Virus record (IMG/VR): IMGVR_UViG_3300047548_000985
Span: 1 to 64,000 of that record
Direction: 5' to 3' (one strand)
DNA: 64,000 nucleotides
DNA from: an uncultured virus (IMG/VR IMGVR_UViG_3300047548_000985)
Taxonomy: Duplodnaviria; Heunggongvirae; Uroviricota; Caudoviricetes
The position numbers and the translations under genes were made by a program. Shown piece by piece: positions 18,938-34,000 of this stretch. Below the pieces are notes generated by a model. It saw only the letters and a list, made by a program, of their open reading frames with translations, was not told the origin of the DNA and did no database searches. Within the stretch, counting starts at the first letter, position 1. The number at the start of each line of letters is the position of its first letter.

Positions 18938-19081
18938 TTATTCATCACCTCGGATTTGAACGTACACTTCTTCATTATTAGGATCAAAAATCTTGATTGC
19001 TGAAGAAAAATGTACGCCCGAAATCTCGTTTGGTTTAGTGTTTTGTACGTCTTTTGACTGCTGTTCAGGTTGATTTTCCAT
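18938..19081 (-). CDS. small 47-aa hypothetical protein (not in ORF track)
   Basis: MENQPEQQSKDVQNTKPNEISGVHFSSAIKIFDPNNEEVYVQIRGDE*; fills the gap exactly and has ATAAATA 6 nt upstream. Confidence 0.7.
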   Translation of the reverse strand: MENQPEQQSKDVQNTKPNEISGVHFSSAIKIFDPNNEEVYVQIRGDE

Positions 19082-19087
19082 ATTAAT

Positions 19088-19094
19088 TATTTAT
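19088..19094 (-). promoter_or_regulatory. late promoter ATAAATA
   Basis: TATTTAT on the + strand in the intergenic gap. Confidence 0.6.
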
Positions 19095-19099
19095 CAATT

Positions 19100-22000
19100 T
19101 CATTGTGGTGGATATTTAGTTAATGACGAAAGATCCGCAATCTCATCTGCCTCTAGCAAACTAAACACAGTAGTAAACGAAGGAATAAATTCTTGCGCTC
19201 CTGTTCCATTTACGCCCCTGGTCAATCCAGAAAGTGTGTTAAGCGCAATCACTGTACCAGTTGCTTGTCCTAAAGTATCACCATTTGCAGTTGCAGTAAA
19301 CGTCACGCCAACTGTATTTGAACTTGCTCCCAGCGATGTAAAATCTGCGTTACCAAGCGTTTGTATAGTGTATTTTCTTCCTATTCGTATTTCTGATACA
19401 TTTTGGGTAGGATTTATAATAGAGAATCGAATCTCTTCTCCATTCACTAATATAAAATTACCAAAGTCTATATCAACTTGAATAACGTCACCGGCTTGTA
19501 CTTTTGCAAAAACAGTATTTTCATCCTCTAATGGAACAAGCATATGGACTTCGATTGCTAGATTTTCTCTTGTCCAATAGAAGTCATTTCTTTGAGTCGT
19601 TGTGCTTTGTACCAAAGTTATTCCTTTTGTCAAGTTGCGAAGAGTCATGTTTTTTATTTCAGTAGTAATACCCGGCAAGTTCAACTCATAAAGTCTATAA
19701 CCCAGTTTTTCATAATACAAGTAGTCATAATCACCGTCATCATCTTCTCTTGCAAGAGTAGTATAGGTTTCGGAGGTAGTTACTCTTGTTACATCGTTAA
19801 GAATAACTTGATTATCGGTTATGAACAAAGGTTCTACTAACCAAGTTTTATTGAATACATTGATGTTATAAGCAGTTGTATTGTTGAGCCTATCAATAAA
19901 CAATCTGTACTCTTGCTGATTTGGAACAACGAACGGGGTCATTGCATTAATAAGAATCTGCTCTGTAGAAGCTACCCCTGTTAATAACCCAACATAGTTT
20001 GTACCTCGATAGTCATAGAAGAAAACCTTGTCTGAGTTTATCCTATTACCGTCTACAGTAACCCACAATCTGTTTGGATCAATCATTGCCCCAAGTTTAG
20101 TATTATTGAGTAGAATTCCTTTTATAGTTTCCCCTGACTTAACTCCCCATATCACCCCATCTGACGAAGTACCAGATGCTAATAGAGGAATATTTACAGT
20201 GTTATCAATATACACTTGATATAATCTTACAGTTTGACTGTCAACAACTTCCACTTGAAGAGGGGTTAAGTTAATCTCAGTAGCGCCTGAAACTCCATTC
20301 AACAAGACAACATCTCCTGTTGTTAAATCATGTGGAGTCTTTGTAGTTACAACTGATACCGAGTTAATACTCTCAAGCGTAGCAATCTCAGCAAAGGTTG
20401 CAGTTGCCGCATCCAATGTCATGTATTGTCCTGTCAAGTTACTAAACGTAATAACTCCTATCTTGTCGCCTACTACTAAAGGAACAGAGTTATCTATGAC
20501 AAGAGTATTACCAGCAAGAGAATACTTAGTATTAGATAAACGCACACCATTAACACTAACGATCAATGTAGAAATTGCATTGGAATCTAAGAAGTTAGTC
20601 AATACAAAATTTCTTGTTGATGTAAACGTGAATACTTCGGCTTCGGGAATGGAATAAACTCCATTTGCATCAGAGTAGATAACGTAAGAAATATAGGTAG
20701 TCTCAGGGTCATATAAACTATTAAATCTGAGAATTGTTCTATTATCCGATGACTTTTCTAAACCAAAAGAACTAGTGGTTAACCGTTGCCCATTAACAAA
20801 AACATAGGTAGCTCCTTGACTTGTTTCGCTGAATAGTTGATCTATATAAATGATAGAATCCCCACTATCTTCTCGAAGAGGTGTATCATCTGTAGTTGAT
20901 CGTACTAACTGCGGGCCATTACCAAGCTCGTAAAGTTCTACCATTATTGAATAAGATGAATCTAATGGGCTTGTGAGAGTGATCTCCTTTGTTACCCAGT
21001 TAATTGTATAATCAATATCTAAGTAGAGCCTTGGACCCCTGTTTGTAGTATCAAGTATCTTGAATATATTAATGCTAGTTGGTGTTTGTATAACGCCACG
21101 GAATGATATTTGATTTGACGCATTAGGTTTAGTAACAAACGAAGTCATCTCAAACCCTAGATATTCATAAGTCTCAGGGTCCCAACCTGCCGATGGTTTT
21201 GTTCTAACGTACATACTAATAGTGTCAGTTATAACGCCAGACATCATTTCCTCAGGGCTGTAACCAGCAGTAAATGTATCGCCAGTTACATTGTACAGGC
21301 TTTCATCGGCAGTGGAAAGAATTCTTCGTTCGGTCCAGTTCAATCCATCTGCACTTACGAACACTACACCATTCGATGATCCAATTAAATATTCTGTTCC
21401 AGACCAAGTAATTGCATATAGGTCGTTTGTAGTATCTATCCCAGTAACATTTGCCCAAGTCATACCGTCAACCGAGGAAATAATTTTTCCATTGTTTCCA
21501 ATCGCAATAAAATTACCATTTTGGTAGATTACGTCTCTCAATGTCTCTGTTGTACCAGAACTAGTAGCTAACCAGTTGTATCCGTTAGTACTGTAAATGA
21601 TAGTGCCTTCTTCACCAACTGCGACAATAACAGAAGAGTTATTTGCTATTGCATTTAAAGAAAGATTTGTCACTGGTGAAATTCTAGTCCAAGTGTTTCC
21701 TTGGTCATTACTTACCGCAATCAAGTCTGTATTTTGAATAGAATAAACACCATCCGTAACGACAGATGTCTGTCCTTTTCCTACCGCAACAAATCCTTCA
21801 AAGAATGAAACATCGATATACTTGACTGCATTAAATTCATTTAACAAATCAACTGCGTTTGAGAATGTAAACACAGGATTCCAGTCCACACCATTAATAC
21901 TTTTGAATATCTCGTATCCAACTGAGATATAAACCCCATCAAAGTAATCGACGGAATTCAATTGAGTAGTTTCAATAGCCAATGCAGAACTATCATACCC

Positions 22001-25000
22001 TTGATCACCATATTCACCTTCATCAAATGAACTTAGCGGTCCTTGTGATATCCAACTTACTGCATCATATGACACTAGCATCGGTGTCGATGAGTTCTTC
22101 ACAGTTACATAGTATTCACGCTTTCGTTGACCCACTAACTCAAATGTTAAATAACCAATACCATCAGTCAAATCTTTGGTCGGACCAGCTAATGTTTCTG
22201 AGATTGTAAACTGAGTTTCATTTTCAATCGACTTAACATAATAAGTTTGACCCACTATGATACCACCAAATGGGACATTACCACTAAAGACGATTGGTTT
22301 ATCAAGTTCAAGATACAAAGTACTTGCACAGGTAATGAAGTCTGAGGTAGCAGAGGATCTTGTTATAGGAATGATTAGATTTTGAGTTTCGCCAGAATAA
22401 AATATGCTACTAACATCAAACTTTTGTGTAGATATCGATTGAATAGACCAATTGATACCGTCTTCACTTATGCAGGTTGACGCGGTAGTCTCTGAGTTTA
22501 AGATAGCGACATACCTATTTCCATCCCAAACTACATCTCTAACAACCTGTTCGATACCATAAAATGGTTTATCTTTTAGAATTGTATCCAGCGGGTATTG
22601 TTCTTCTGGAGCAAATGGATTTCCATAGTAAATGTTGTATGGGTAGGTAAGACCATTAATCAACTGAGTCAAATCTTTTCCTGGCATGTTTACAGTTGGC
22701 CCATAAAATGCAGTAATTCGATCAAGAGCATTTAGGCTAACATCATCACTCTTTACTTCTCTCCATTTATCATAATCAAATTCAACATCACTGTTGCTTT
22801 CAATACATTCATATAAAGAACCGTTGAACATTACTCGACTAGCATCAAAGTTAAATATTTCAGGAATGAATAGATAGGCTTGATTAGTCTCGTAATCGCC
22901 AGTAACAACTTTAGTTGTTAACGTTGGGTTCTCGTACAATGCAAATGAATTTTGATTTTTTTGTACTGCTGTCATCCAAATATTGGAACTACCAGGTAAA
23001 ACACCCATTACACCTTCAGTAATTTCTCCCCAATAATCAGTTTCAGTTGGCAAAGTATTGTTTGGAACTGGTTGAGACGGAGTATAATACTTTCCATCAT
23101 ACCTAACAATGTCACCTAAGGTATACGCTGTATCTAACTCCCAATCACCTAAGTGACTCAATGCATATTGCTGTCCTTCAAAACTTACAATCTGACCGTA
23201 GTAATATGTGGTATTAGCATTCCATTCTCCGATATAATTATTCAGATGCTTAACGTAAAATACCCTTAATGACTCTCTCAGCGGTGCTCCAGTAACGTTC
23301 AATGAGTAAACCACATCTTCAATCGCTGTTTCTGTGTTTTGATCGAAATCCTCATAAGTTTTCATCACAGTAATTGTTACATCGTTTACACCGCTTACTC
23401 CACCAAACTCAGACCCATCGACTTGAACTTGATGTCCAACAGGGAAACCCGAACCTCCATCGGTTACAATCGCACCAAACTTGTTGTAAACATTTCCATT
23501 TGAGAAAAATGGGTAAACAATGTTAACAACCATTGGTGTTCCACCTGGTGTAGGTGATGCGAACGTTTTCGTAACTGAAACTTCCTCAGGTACACCAATT
23601 ACTCTTGCCCCGTCTATCTGTTTAGGACTGAGAGTTGTTCTTGTCAAGTCAACTGACCAAACTAACCCATCATCTTGTATGAATTTTCCTATTAAGAACA
23701 ATAGGTTATTGCTCAGTGAAGAGAACCCGCTAGATGATGCAGTTTCTTCTTGCGTACTCGCCAAAGCGTTAGTTTGATCTATCGCACCAGAGTAAAAAGC
23801 ACCAGACACCCAATCTGTAATATTGGTAGTGAAGGAAGTTCTGTCAAATTTTATCTTTGGCTTAATCTGCTTTGCAGGAGAAGAAGAAACTATAGGAACA
23901 ACCTTAGCAGTCAATGAAAGAGACCCTAACTCCAGCCCTGTTAGCGCGATGCGATGAGTATCGACTGATGCATCGAACTCATAAAAATACAGAGAAATTT
24001 TATTAATACCAACTACACGAACATAATAGTAGTAGTCGTTTATCAATTCACTACCTGGAATTGGATCTTCATTCGTTGAAAACTTAACTAAATCACCATT
24101 AATAAATGAATGATTTTCAATAGTAATAACGTTTTTGCTTGAATCAACGTCATCCGCAACAAAGTTAAATGTCAATGAGGGTTCTATTGTGAGCGTAGGC
24201 TGAACTGCATATCCGTCGCCTGAATCAACTACAACTATATTTGAAACTCGGTCACCTTTCATTTCAACTCTAAACTTCGCTTCCCTTCTAGGTGCGGGAT
24301 ACCTAGTAGTGTCAATTGAAGCAAATACTTTTGGAGTAAATGAATAGAGCCTACCTGAGTTCAAAACAACGACACCAGGTAAATTAGTAATAATTGGCGT
24401 GCCAGGCAAATGAACCGCCGGTTCTGATTCAAATGCTCCTCTAGTTACTCCTTGTAGTTTTCCTGTTATTCGATTGATGCTTGTGTATCCAATCAACTCG
24501 TTTTCAACTTTAATAATACCTGACTCAGGGAAACTATATCCGTTATCAACGAACAACTCAGTAGCAGTAATTGAAACGTATGAAGCTAAAGTTGATACTT
24601 GGAAGTCGTTTACCCCTTCGATTCTTAGACCATAGTTATTGAACCAAGACTGGTAAATTCCACTTTGCCAAATATCTTCGTTAATATTGAAACTGTCACC
24701 AAATGAAGTACCGTACGTTAGCTGCGGCGAAACAAATCTGTCAATGTTTTCGTCGTAGTACGCTGGCAAGTCAAAGTCAGAAATATCACCAAAGTATGGT
24801 TCAAGTTTCTTATACTTTAATTGGAAGTCCTTTATCACAACGTGATAAGGTTTAACTTCATTAATGTACCCAGACAATAATGTTTGATCTGCAAGTTGGT
24901 ATTTTGGAGAGCTTTCTAATTCGCTAACTGTCTGAGTTACATCAACGAACGAGGTTTTGTTTAACCAATTGCTGTATGAGTTTACCAAGTTATTTTCGGA

Positions 25001-28000
25001 CTTGATGTACTCAAACATGAGGATTAAACTCTTATTTCTATGAATGATTAGATCATTGACAAAAATCTCTTCATTCAAAGACCGTATGATGTTCTTTGTT
25101 TCTTCTACTGGAATTTGGTTAAAGGTTTCAGAACCAAAATACCCATCACCAAATCCCTCATTTGTAGATGAATAATCCCATAGCGAAGATTTAAATTGGA
25201 TAGTTCCTTTTTCTAATCCAATTCTAACCCAATTACCTTGAGTAAAAATGTGCGTTTCTCTTAAGCCATTGCCATTCCTTGCAACTGCTGCAATTAGGCC
25301 TTCATATGCTTCAAGCGTATAAAGATCGCTAAATCTTGCAACTTCGACAGTAGGTTTAGTAGTATCGGAATATCCACTTGCCCACCAATTGGTTAATTCC
25401 CAATAAGACGGGGTGTCAACAACTAGATAAGCTTCCCCTCCTTGCTCACTAAATTCTGTTTTGAAGATTAACTGAGGATTTCTAGTCTCAGTGATTGGGA
25501 ACTGCGATAATACCGAGTTTGCATACGTCAAGTAATTCTTCAACGCCTGCAATCTATCAACGAAAAATCCCTGTCTTGGACGAACAAGAACGCCATATTT
25601 TAATGACTCAGGTAATCTATGGTCAGGAACAGTTTGACCGTTACTATCCATTCCTGCCAAGCTGTCAATAAACTTAGCATAAAGTTGAGTCGGTTCTTGT
25701 TGTATTCTTCTAGGCAACCCTGACAAGAAGTCATCCGCATTGCCCTCTCTTATTAGAGAAAACTTCTGATAACTTGTATCGTCTGAAGATCCATTTGCAA
25801 CACCAACGTGAAGAATAGAATCATCCTTTATAAACTCAGCGCAGTTATACAATCCAAATTTATCACTTGAATAGCCTGCAAAATAAGCGATTCCTGAATT
25901 TTGAGGATTCAATATATAAAAGGCGATAATAACATCAGACAATGTTTTGCCCATGTTTTCAAATACAAGCCCGGTGTTTCTAACCCAAAAGTAATATCTT
26001 GGAGAAAGAATATTAGCTGCATTTGTTTCATATCTTGTAACAAAATCAGTTGTATTCTTTGGAACACCTGGTCCTGCATAAGCTTCTGGCTTAACTGTGC
26101 TTTCAATCCATGTATAGACTGCAATATCACTACCAGGGAAAATTGTTCCCCAATATTTACTGTTATAAACTGTATCGTTTTGATGATAATCGACAAATCT
26201 TACGTTAGTTGTGTCAAACCAAATGCGACCAACATAGTGTTTGTCCCAAACTAAATTGCCATTAAGAATCTCTCCGTCTCTGTTATATCCAGCCGGATCA
26301 GTCGAAGTAATGAAGTCAATATTTTGTTGCACTGCACCTAGCAACTTACCTTGTAATGGATCAATGTAGTCTATCAAGCCATACGTTTCTTTTGTATTGC
26401 TACTGAATATTTGTATGTCTTGAAGTTTGTTGACATCAACAATTTCAGACGGGCTTCTGAATACTGACCAGTTTGCCTTGTTGAGAGCATTTTCAAAATG
26501 GAACGCTTTTCCATTAGTTTCACTTACGTTTTCGTAGTCAGGTACACCAACCATAACGTTGTAGTAACTAAAGTCTAGCGATCTACCAAAGTTAGGATAG
26601 ATTCCATTGTGTTCTCTAAAGTCAACAATACTCTGTGCAAATGCAAATTGACCTGGATCATCAATTGATTCATTTACATTTTGTAGGTAATCGTACATGT
26701 AAACGCTTCCTGCATTTACAGTACCATCAACAAACTTAGTAAAGTCATTATCAAAGTAAGTGTCGTTATCCTTACTATCATCAAAGAAGTCAAATGTTGT
26801 GCTTGTAAATCTAGTATCAGCCGGAGCACTTACGATGAACGATCCATATTGATTAAACTTAATGTTATCACCAAATTGACTTGATCCAAGTTTGTGAACT
26901 GAAGTTATTTCCTGAGTCTTTTGGTAAAGAGTAAATCCTAGTGATGTCAAAACACTTGCATCAAAAACACTTACGTTTAACTTATTATGAACTGGATTTA
27001 GGCTTTCGTTTATTAGAGTAATAACTAGTTTGTTTTCTAATGCATAAGCATTTACGTTATTAATTCCACTAGTGTTTATACTGTTAACTACGGTTGCCAA
27101 ATCACCTTGAATCGTCAATCTAAACCCATTGATTAAAATGTCAACTGGGCTACCAATTGTTTGAAAATCAGATGTGGCTTTAATTAGTCCATACTTTTTG
27201 CCACCATTGGTAAAACGATAAACAACTCCTTCCTTTCCGTCAGATGAAATTCTGAACGGAGCACCTGCTAGTAATTCATCACCCGCATAACTTGTGTCCA
27301 GTCCCTTTCCAAATCTAATGTGAGGTCTTCCGTCATTTATTTCAGAGGAGTTAATAGTCTGTATTCTGACAAATTTATTTGTATGAACAGTTATGATATC
27401 TCCCGCGCTTAACTCAAGCCCTTCAATCACTGAAGCATTTACAGAGTAGTCATCTACTTGACGAAGTGGTTCAAAGTTCTTAAGAACTCGCGTAACTGTA
27501 TTAGGTGTCCATCCTAAGTCAACAGAAGTTTCGTTGCTATCTTGAATTTCAAATGTTTGAACTATTCTATCAAAGATATGAACAGTTCCAGTTTCTATCA
27601 AAACCGAAGACTCGTTTGTTTCTGGTGCTGAAACAAATATCTTTGATCCATCATCATTCGTGCTTATTCTATATCCAAATTTATCAGTTGGGATAGAGGT
27701 AGCAGGAACAATGAAATCATCGTCAACCAAATAATAATTATGTTTAGCGAAATAAATTGTTCCAATTGCATGTGGTTGAGTCAATGTAGAAGTAAATGAT
27801 ATCCTTGAGTTTGTCCCATCAAAAGAAACACCGCTAACAAGATAAGTTTCATTTCCACTATTACTAAATGATAGTCTTGTGCCAGGTAGGATCGTAGCAG
27901 TTTGATTTCCAGTAACCGTTACGAATCCTTGACCTACTAGAGTAGCGGAAGTCATTACAAGACCAGTGCTTGAAAATGCCCAATCTTGATTCTTAGCGTA

Positions 28001-31000
28001 AGCATAAACTTTGTTATTTGCAGTTGATCCGACATAAATCCATTGGTTATCTTTAGATATTGCTAGACCAGTTCCCCAATCTGTATCTGACAAATTCGGT
28101 GCATCAATTGTCTGCTGTAATCTAAGTTCCTTTAACCCATTCGAAGTTATTGCTTGATACACATATATTTTTCTATCTGTATCTAACGTACCATTTGGCT
28201 GAGAGATCAACACCATATCATCACTATGGGCAATAGTTGTTCCAAATGTTTCTGAATTAACAATTTCTTCAGGAGATTCCAATTGACCAATCTTGTACAA
28301 GAACGCTTTACCTACGTTCGCTACTGTACCGTCTTTTGGTTCAGTTACAATGAATCCCAAGTTTGGAATGTATGCAACTGCTTCTCCAAATGTTGTATTG
28401 GAATCTTTTTCTAGCGAAAGTACTTCTTTGTAATTCAAAGTTTTTCTATAAACGGCCCACGCTCCTGAAACATCTTCATCAACCCAAACGTCAGTTGAAT
28501 TAAATGCGGTGTTGGTTAACGGCAAACTTGCAATTTCACTTCCCTTGCTCACTCTATGTGGTTGGAACTTAAATGCAAGTCCAGCGCCCCTTACGTTAAG
28601 CATAGAGAATGCAAGTGACTTTGCAACTCTTACTGTGTTAACAGCAGGTGTAGACAATACTGTATAATACCCATCCATCTCAGGCGAGAAGTAGATTAAT
28701 CCAAATGGATCGTCTATTGCTAATCCATGCGGTGCATTAAATACGAGGTTCACTGTACCATCAAGATTATTATTACACTCAACTACGAGAACTCCATTAT
28801 TACAACTTGTACCATCATATGCACCCAAAGATATAGGTGAGTACACTCTCCATGTACCTTTGTAATCTGCTAACCAAACATAGTCATTATGGTACAACGT
28901 AGAAATTGATTCTGTGTTTGATGTTAGGCTTGTCAAGTTGTATGCATTAACTTTAATATCATCAAAATTAACATAACCAGCATACGGAAGTTTTGAGCTT
29001 TCATAGTTGGTTGTGGGCAAGACATTTGCATTTGGAAGCTGTCTATCAAAATTATATACATCGTACAATGGAACTGACTGTTGAACATCCGTCAAGCTAT
29101 TGTTAAAGATCATTCCAATGATATTTGGATTACTAATTAACTTTGACTGATCCAATTTAACATCAAAAAAGCTTGCGTTTAAAACTCCACCGTACTCTCC
29201 AGATTTAATTGCCCAGTTTTCAAAGATATCATAATCGATTGATCCCTGTTGTAAAGTGACTCCATTAAAGTTGTTAGCAGCATTAAATGTTCCCTTTGTT
29301 TTTATCATGTTCTTGTAAACATTAACTTGGGAAACATCAGTCAGATTAGCGTCTGACAAATACTGCCTTGGTCGATAACCAATAGAAGAGAATCCTAGCA
29401 AGTTTGTATCATACTCTAAGTTTGTTCTATTGATATCATAGAAAATAGTACTTTCATATGCCGCTAAACTTGGATTAGGCAACAGGCCCTTTTGAACAGT
29501 ATTATAATCTGTTTTTACCCAATCAGTATCACTAAACGAACTGCTTGGCTGAACTACCTTTGTTGCGACCCAGTAATTGTTTTTGTACTTTACAATCACT
29601 CCCTTAGTGTAACCAATGTTTGGTTTCCATTCTTCAATGTTGTCTTGATTAAGAATGAATCCATAAGCATTTACACTACCATCCCAATCAGCAGTCTTAG
29701 AACCCTTAACCAATATTCGTTGCTGACGTAACCCAGTCGTTAAGTTGTAAATCCTATCATTGAATATCGTAGTGTTATTGAAAACTACCACGTGTTCCAT
29801 ATTAAATAGGTTTGCCTTGAAGAAGCAAAGACTATCACCTTCGTTTAATGCCCTAACATTGAATTCTGTTCCATCTCGGTAAACACAAAGGTCTTTAAGT
29901 TCAATTGGAAGCAGATTCTGATTTAGAACAATATTCTCTTTCAATGTTAAAGGTTGTACGATTGAACTTTCTTTGTTGATTGTTATTACCTTCGCAGATG
30001 GATTGACGTTTATAGTTGCGCCCTCTTCCCAACCAGATTGTGTCCAATACAATACTTCCAGAATCATTTGATTCCAACTTATTGCGTTACCGGATTCAAT
30101 TTGATTAAATTGCATTCCGGCATTTTCTAAATAAACACCATATGATTTCAAGAACTCTGCAACTGCCTGAATTGTGAAGAATTCTGTCCCGTATGGAACA
30201 GCTACAATTTCATCCGTGTACTCTTTGCTTACCTTTACTGTTCTGTTTCCTAGAGTCAAGATTTCAAAAATGCCATTGTTTTTAGGAACGGCAGTCTTAA
30301 AATAAGCTTTGTTTTGCGAATTACCCCAAATCTTATGTCCAGTCCTAGTCTTTTGTATTATGATTGAAGAGTATTCAATATTTTCAAATGGTTGATTATC
30401 ATAAAGCAATACTGAATAACTAGCATCAGGAATCAATAATGATGTATTCTTAGTAGTTGGTGTACTCTTTTCAACATAAAACTTTAACAAGTCTTTGTCA
30501 CTAAAACCAGCCAGTCTATATGCAAGCCTAACATCCAAGTTGTCCTTGACATCAGTCAACATTTCGACCGCATTTATTCCAAACTGCTTTTCGTAATCAA
30601 CGATCCAGTTGATGTAACTATGCTTAGGAATTCCTGACCCGTATATTTCCAAATCAGAAACACGATAATGTCTCCTGTTGTTAAGCAGAAACTGGTTAAA
30701 TTCTTCGTTTAATCTGTATTTGTCAGTATCAATAAACAAGCCAAAGAACTTTGCAGGTTCAGTTAATACAAACAACTTCATCAAGTCAAACGGCCAAGTG
30801 CTACTCTTAATATAAGATGCCTCAGTTGGTCCAACATCACCTACTTCCCATTCATTTTTAAATATTACATCGTTGTAGTTACCTACTATTGTATAAAATG
30901 GAGAGATTAGTTTCCCTTGACTGTCAACTGGAATAATTTTTAGTAAGTCAGGTCTTTTTCTAGTTTCTATAACTCTTGGCGATCCATTGTTCCAATCAAT

Positions 31001-34000
31001 ACCATTTGCTAAGTCATTCCACAAAACCAAGTTATCACTCGTGTATGGTGCAGATCCGTAGCGAGAATCCCACCATACTGGTTTGTTTGAAAAGCCTAGC
31101 ATTTCCCACGGAGCAACGTGAGGTCTATCAGTGTCATACAACCACAAGTAAACTCCTCTCCAACCACCTTGTTCAATTGGAGTTTTTAGTAATCGATTTT
31201 CACTATCAGTATAGTTCCAAGTAAATGGATTATCTTGATCGTAAAATCTAGTTTTAAAGTCTAATCTGTTTTGACCTACCCAGTTTAAGAATCCTAACGA
31301 GTACATTTCATTTAGATCGTGCAAGGGAATAGCTGATCTAAATTGCCCAGGTTTAATGTCATCAGATGACATTGCAGGTTTGACTGGTACTTTAAGGTTA
31401 TTGTAAATTCTCTTTTCAAATTCAAATAATACCTTGTCTCGTATGTCTTGTAGTAAGCCATCGTTATACTCACCATATAACTTGGTTAAGCTACCGTCAT
31501 GCCCTTTTAAGAAATATGTTGGTTGAAGGTAAGTGTCATCAAGATAAACAGTAGGTTCAAATGATTGGTACAATCCTAGTTTAGTTGGTGTGTTTGGAAC
31601 AAAACTTCCATAGGTTTGGTTGTATTCCTTGATTGTGATCACATCACCAATCTGCAAGTCTACATTAACTGTAATAGAAGGACTGTTATCACTTATAACA
31701 TAGTCCTTGTCCTTTACTAGCAGAGTTCTATATGTTAAACCGTCTTGGGTTCTGGTCAAGTAAACCAATACTCCATTGTAGTTTGCAACTCCAAAGTTAT
31801 AAACTCTACTTAAGTTAAATTGACTAGTATCAGTAAAGTTATTAAAGTTGTAACTGTTTATAATATACGGAGTACCCAAAGGCACCATGTCACTCCAAAA
31901 GAATGCACTATCGCTATCTTTTGTGGATGCAATCAGTTCAAGGATAGAATCAAGCATCTCATCAGGTGCATAGATGTTTCCAAAGTTAACTTTTGTAGTG
32001 GTATCAACAATTAATGATTTGAATTTTACATACTCATTTGCATTGTATGTTAGCGCATTAAATATATTGTGGCTAGTGTTTCTTAAGAACATCGCCGAAA
32101 ATACCATAGAGGCACTATGCTGAACTATTTTAGTTCCGTAGTTAATTAGCTTCCCTTGATCTCTGTAGTTATTTGAACCTAGTGAACTTCCAGATATATA
32201 AGGAAAGTTTTTGAAAATTGTTTGATAGTGACCTCTTATCTCACCTATGCTAACAGAGTTTATATCTTCGTTGAATGGGTTATTACTTAAATTAAGAGGA
32301 ATATCAAAATACGCCTGCTTACTAACCATTTCACTCAACAAAAGAACTTGCACTGGAGTGCCTGCACTTACAAGTTGTGAAGTCGTAATAAAGGTGTTAT
32401 TGCCCTCTATCAAAACCGTAAATTGACTAGGTGTTAATCTTGCGTTATCAACGTAAACTTGCACAGGAGCCCAAGGAGTTTGAGTCACTGATTTTGCAGG
32501 AATGTCACAAACAAAAGAGTTAGTAGTTGAAGTCGGGACAATGTTAAAGATTTGATATTGAAAAGAAGGTCCTGCTGCTGTTTCCCAGCCAAGCAACTTT
32601 TTATAATCGTTTAAGGTTTGAAACTCTTGAACATATCCTTCATTAACATTCTTAGTTATTACCTGTCTATTTTGAACATAGGTAAACTTATCCGAATTAA
32701 AATTCGTATCAAAGCTAATGTCACCTAAGTTATAAACAGCACTGTATTTGATTGGGAACCCTAACACTGTATCATTCGCTCCAGTGCCTTCTCCATATGA
32801 GAATAACTTTGTACCTAAGAAAGAACTACTTGGATATACTGTTTGATCAGATAAACTAACTCCGTTTATGTCGATAACATCAAACAAAGGTGGCTGATTT
32901 AGCGTAAGCTTTTCTTGCGAAGTTTCCCACTCAGTACCAGTAAAATAGAAAGCTTTTCCATACTGAGAAACCATGCTAGGAGTATTTGGATATCTAACTA
33001 GTATTTGTTCTCCTACTTGTATGGGCTCTTCGTTCGTCTCTGACAATGTTATGATTGGATTTATCTTCAATGTCCCAATCATAACACCAGTGTCTGCGTC
33101 ACCTGACGAGATATCAATTATAGTCCCTGAACTGTCCTTTAATTTTATAGAAGTTTCATCTATAATTTCAGCAATGTAATAGTTGATAGGTGATAATCCA
33201 CCAAACGGTGTTCCAGACAGGCTAAGCATTGCATCCACTACTAAATCAGCGGTATTGCTAACTGTGATGACATCCGACGCTTCTGTTTTTGTAACAGCAA
33301 CCTTTACTTCTTTTATCTTTTCGATGTTAACAGTATAGATTGTTTTTCTTCTGACACTATCCTCTTCATTTGCAAAGATTACTCTTGCACCATCGAATAG
33401 TGGAACGGCTGCTAAACGAGTTGGATCTTCAGTTGCAGTACCTCTGTTAGTTTGATCACTTGTAAAAAAGAAAACATTGTTTTCAGAATCAACCTCAAAG
33501 CCCGCCACTCTCAATGGACCACTGGATTCAAATGCGTTTCTTACAGAAAAATCTATAAAGTCAACTATGCCTTTGCTTTGAATGCCAGAGTCGAATAATT
33601 TTAGATTTGGATAGAATTCAATAATTGGTCTTTTTGCTCTTGCAGTTTCAGAGTTTAAAACGCCAAGAATAGTTGGATCATTATTATATCGAGCGGTCGC
33701 AGCAATTACGTCATAGTGAAACCAACGATTACTTCTTGACCATGGATTTGCGTCAATGCTTGAACGATTTATAGTAATATAATCCGGGGTGAGCGGGACT
33801 TCTTCCGTTAATTCATAATTCTGTGTATCAAAGGATAAGATGTCAAAAGGAGAATAGACTCCTTGACTAAACTTTTCTAGCACAACTAAAGATTTCACAT
33901 CTATTAGTTTTATCCCAGTTCCTACTCCTTCAACGTAAAACTCTCTGTTTCTATATTGAGGGCTAAATGTATCACCAAAAAAGATTACTTTTAAACCATT

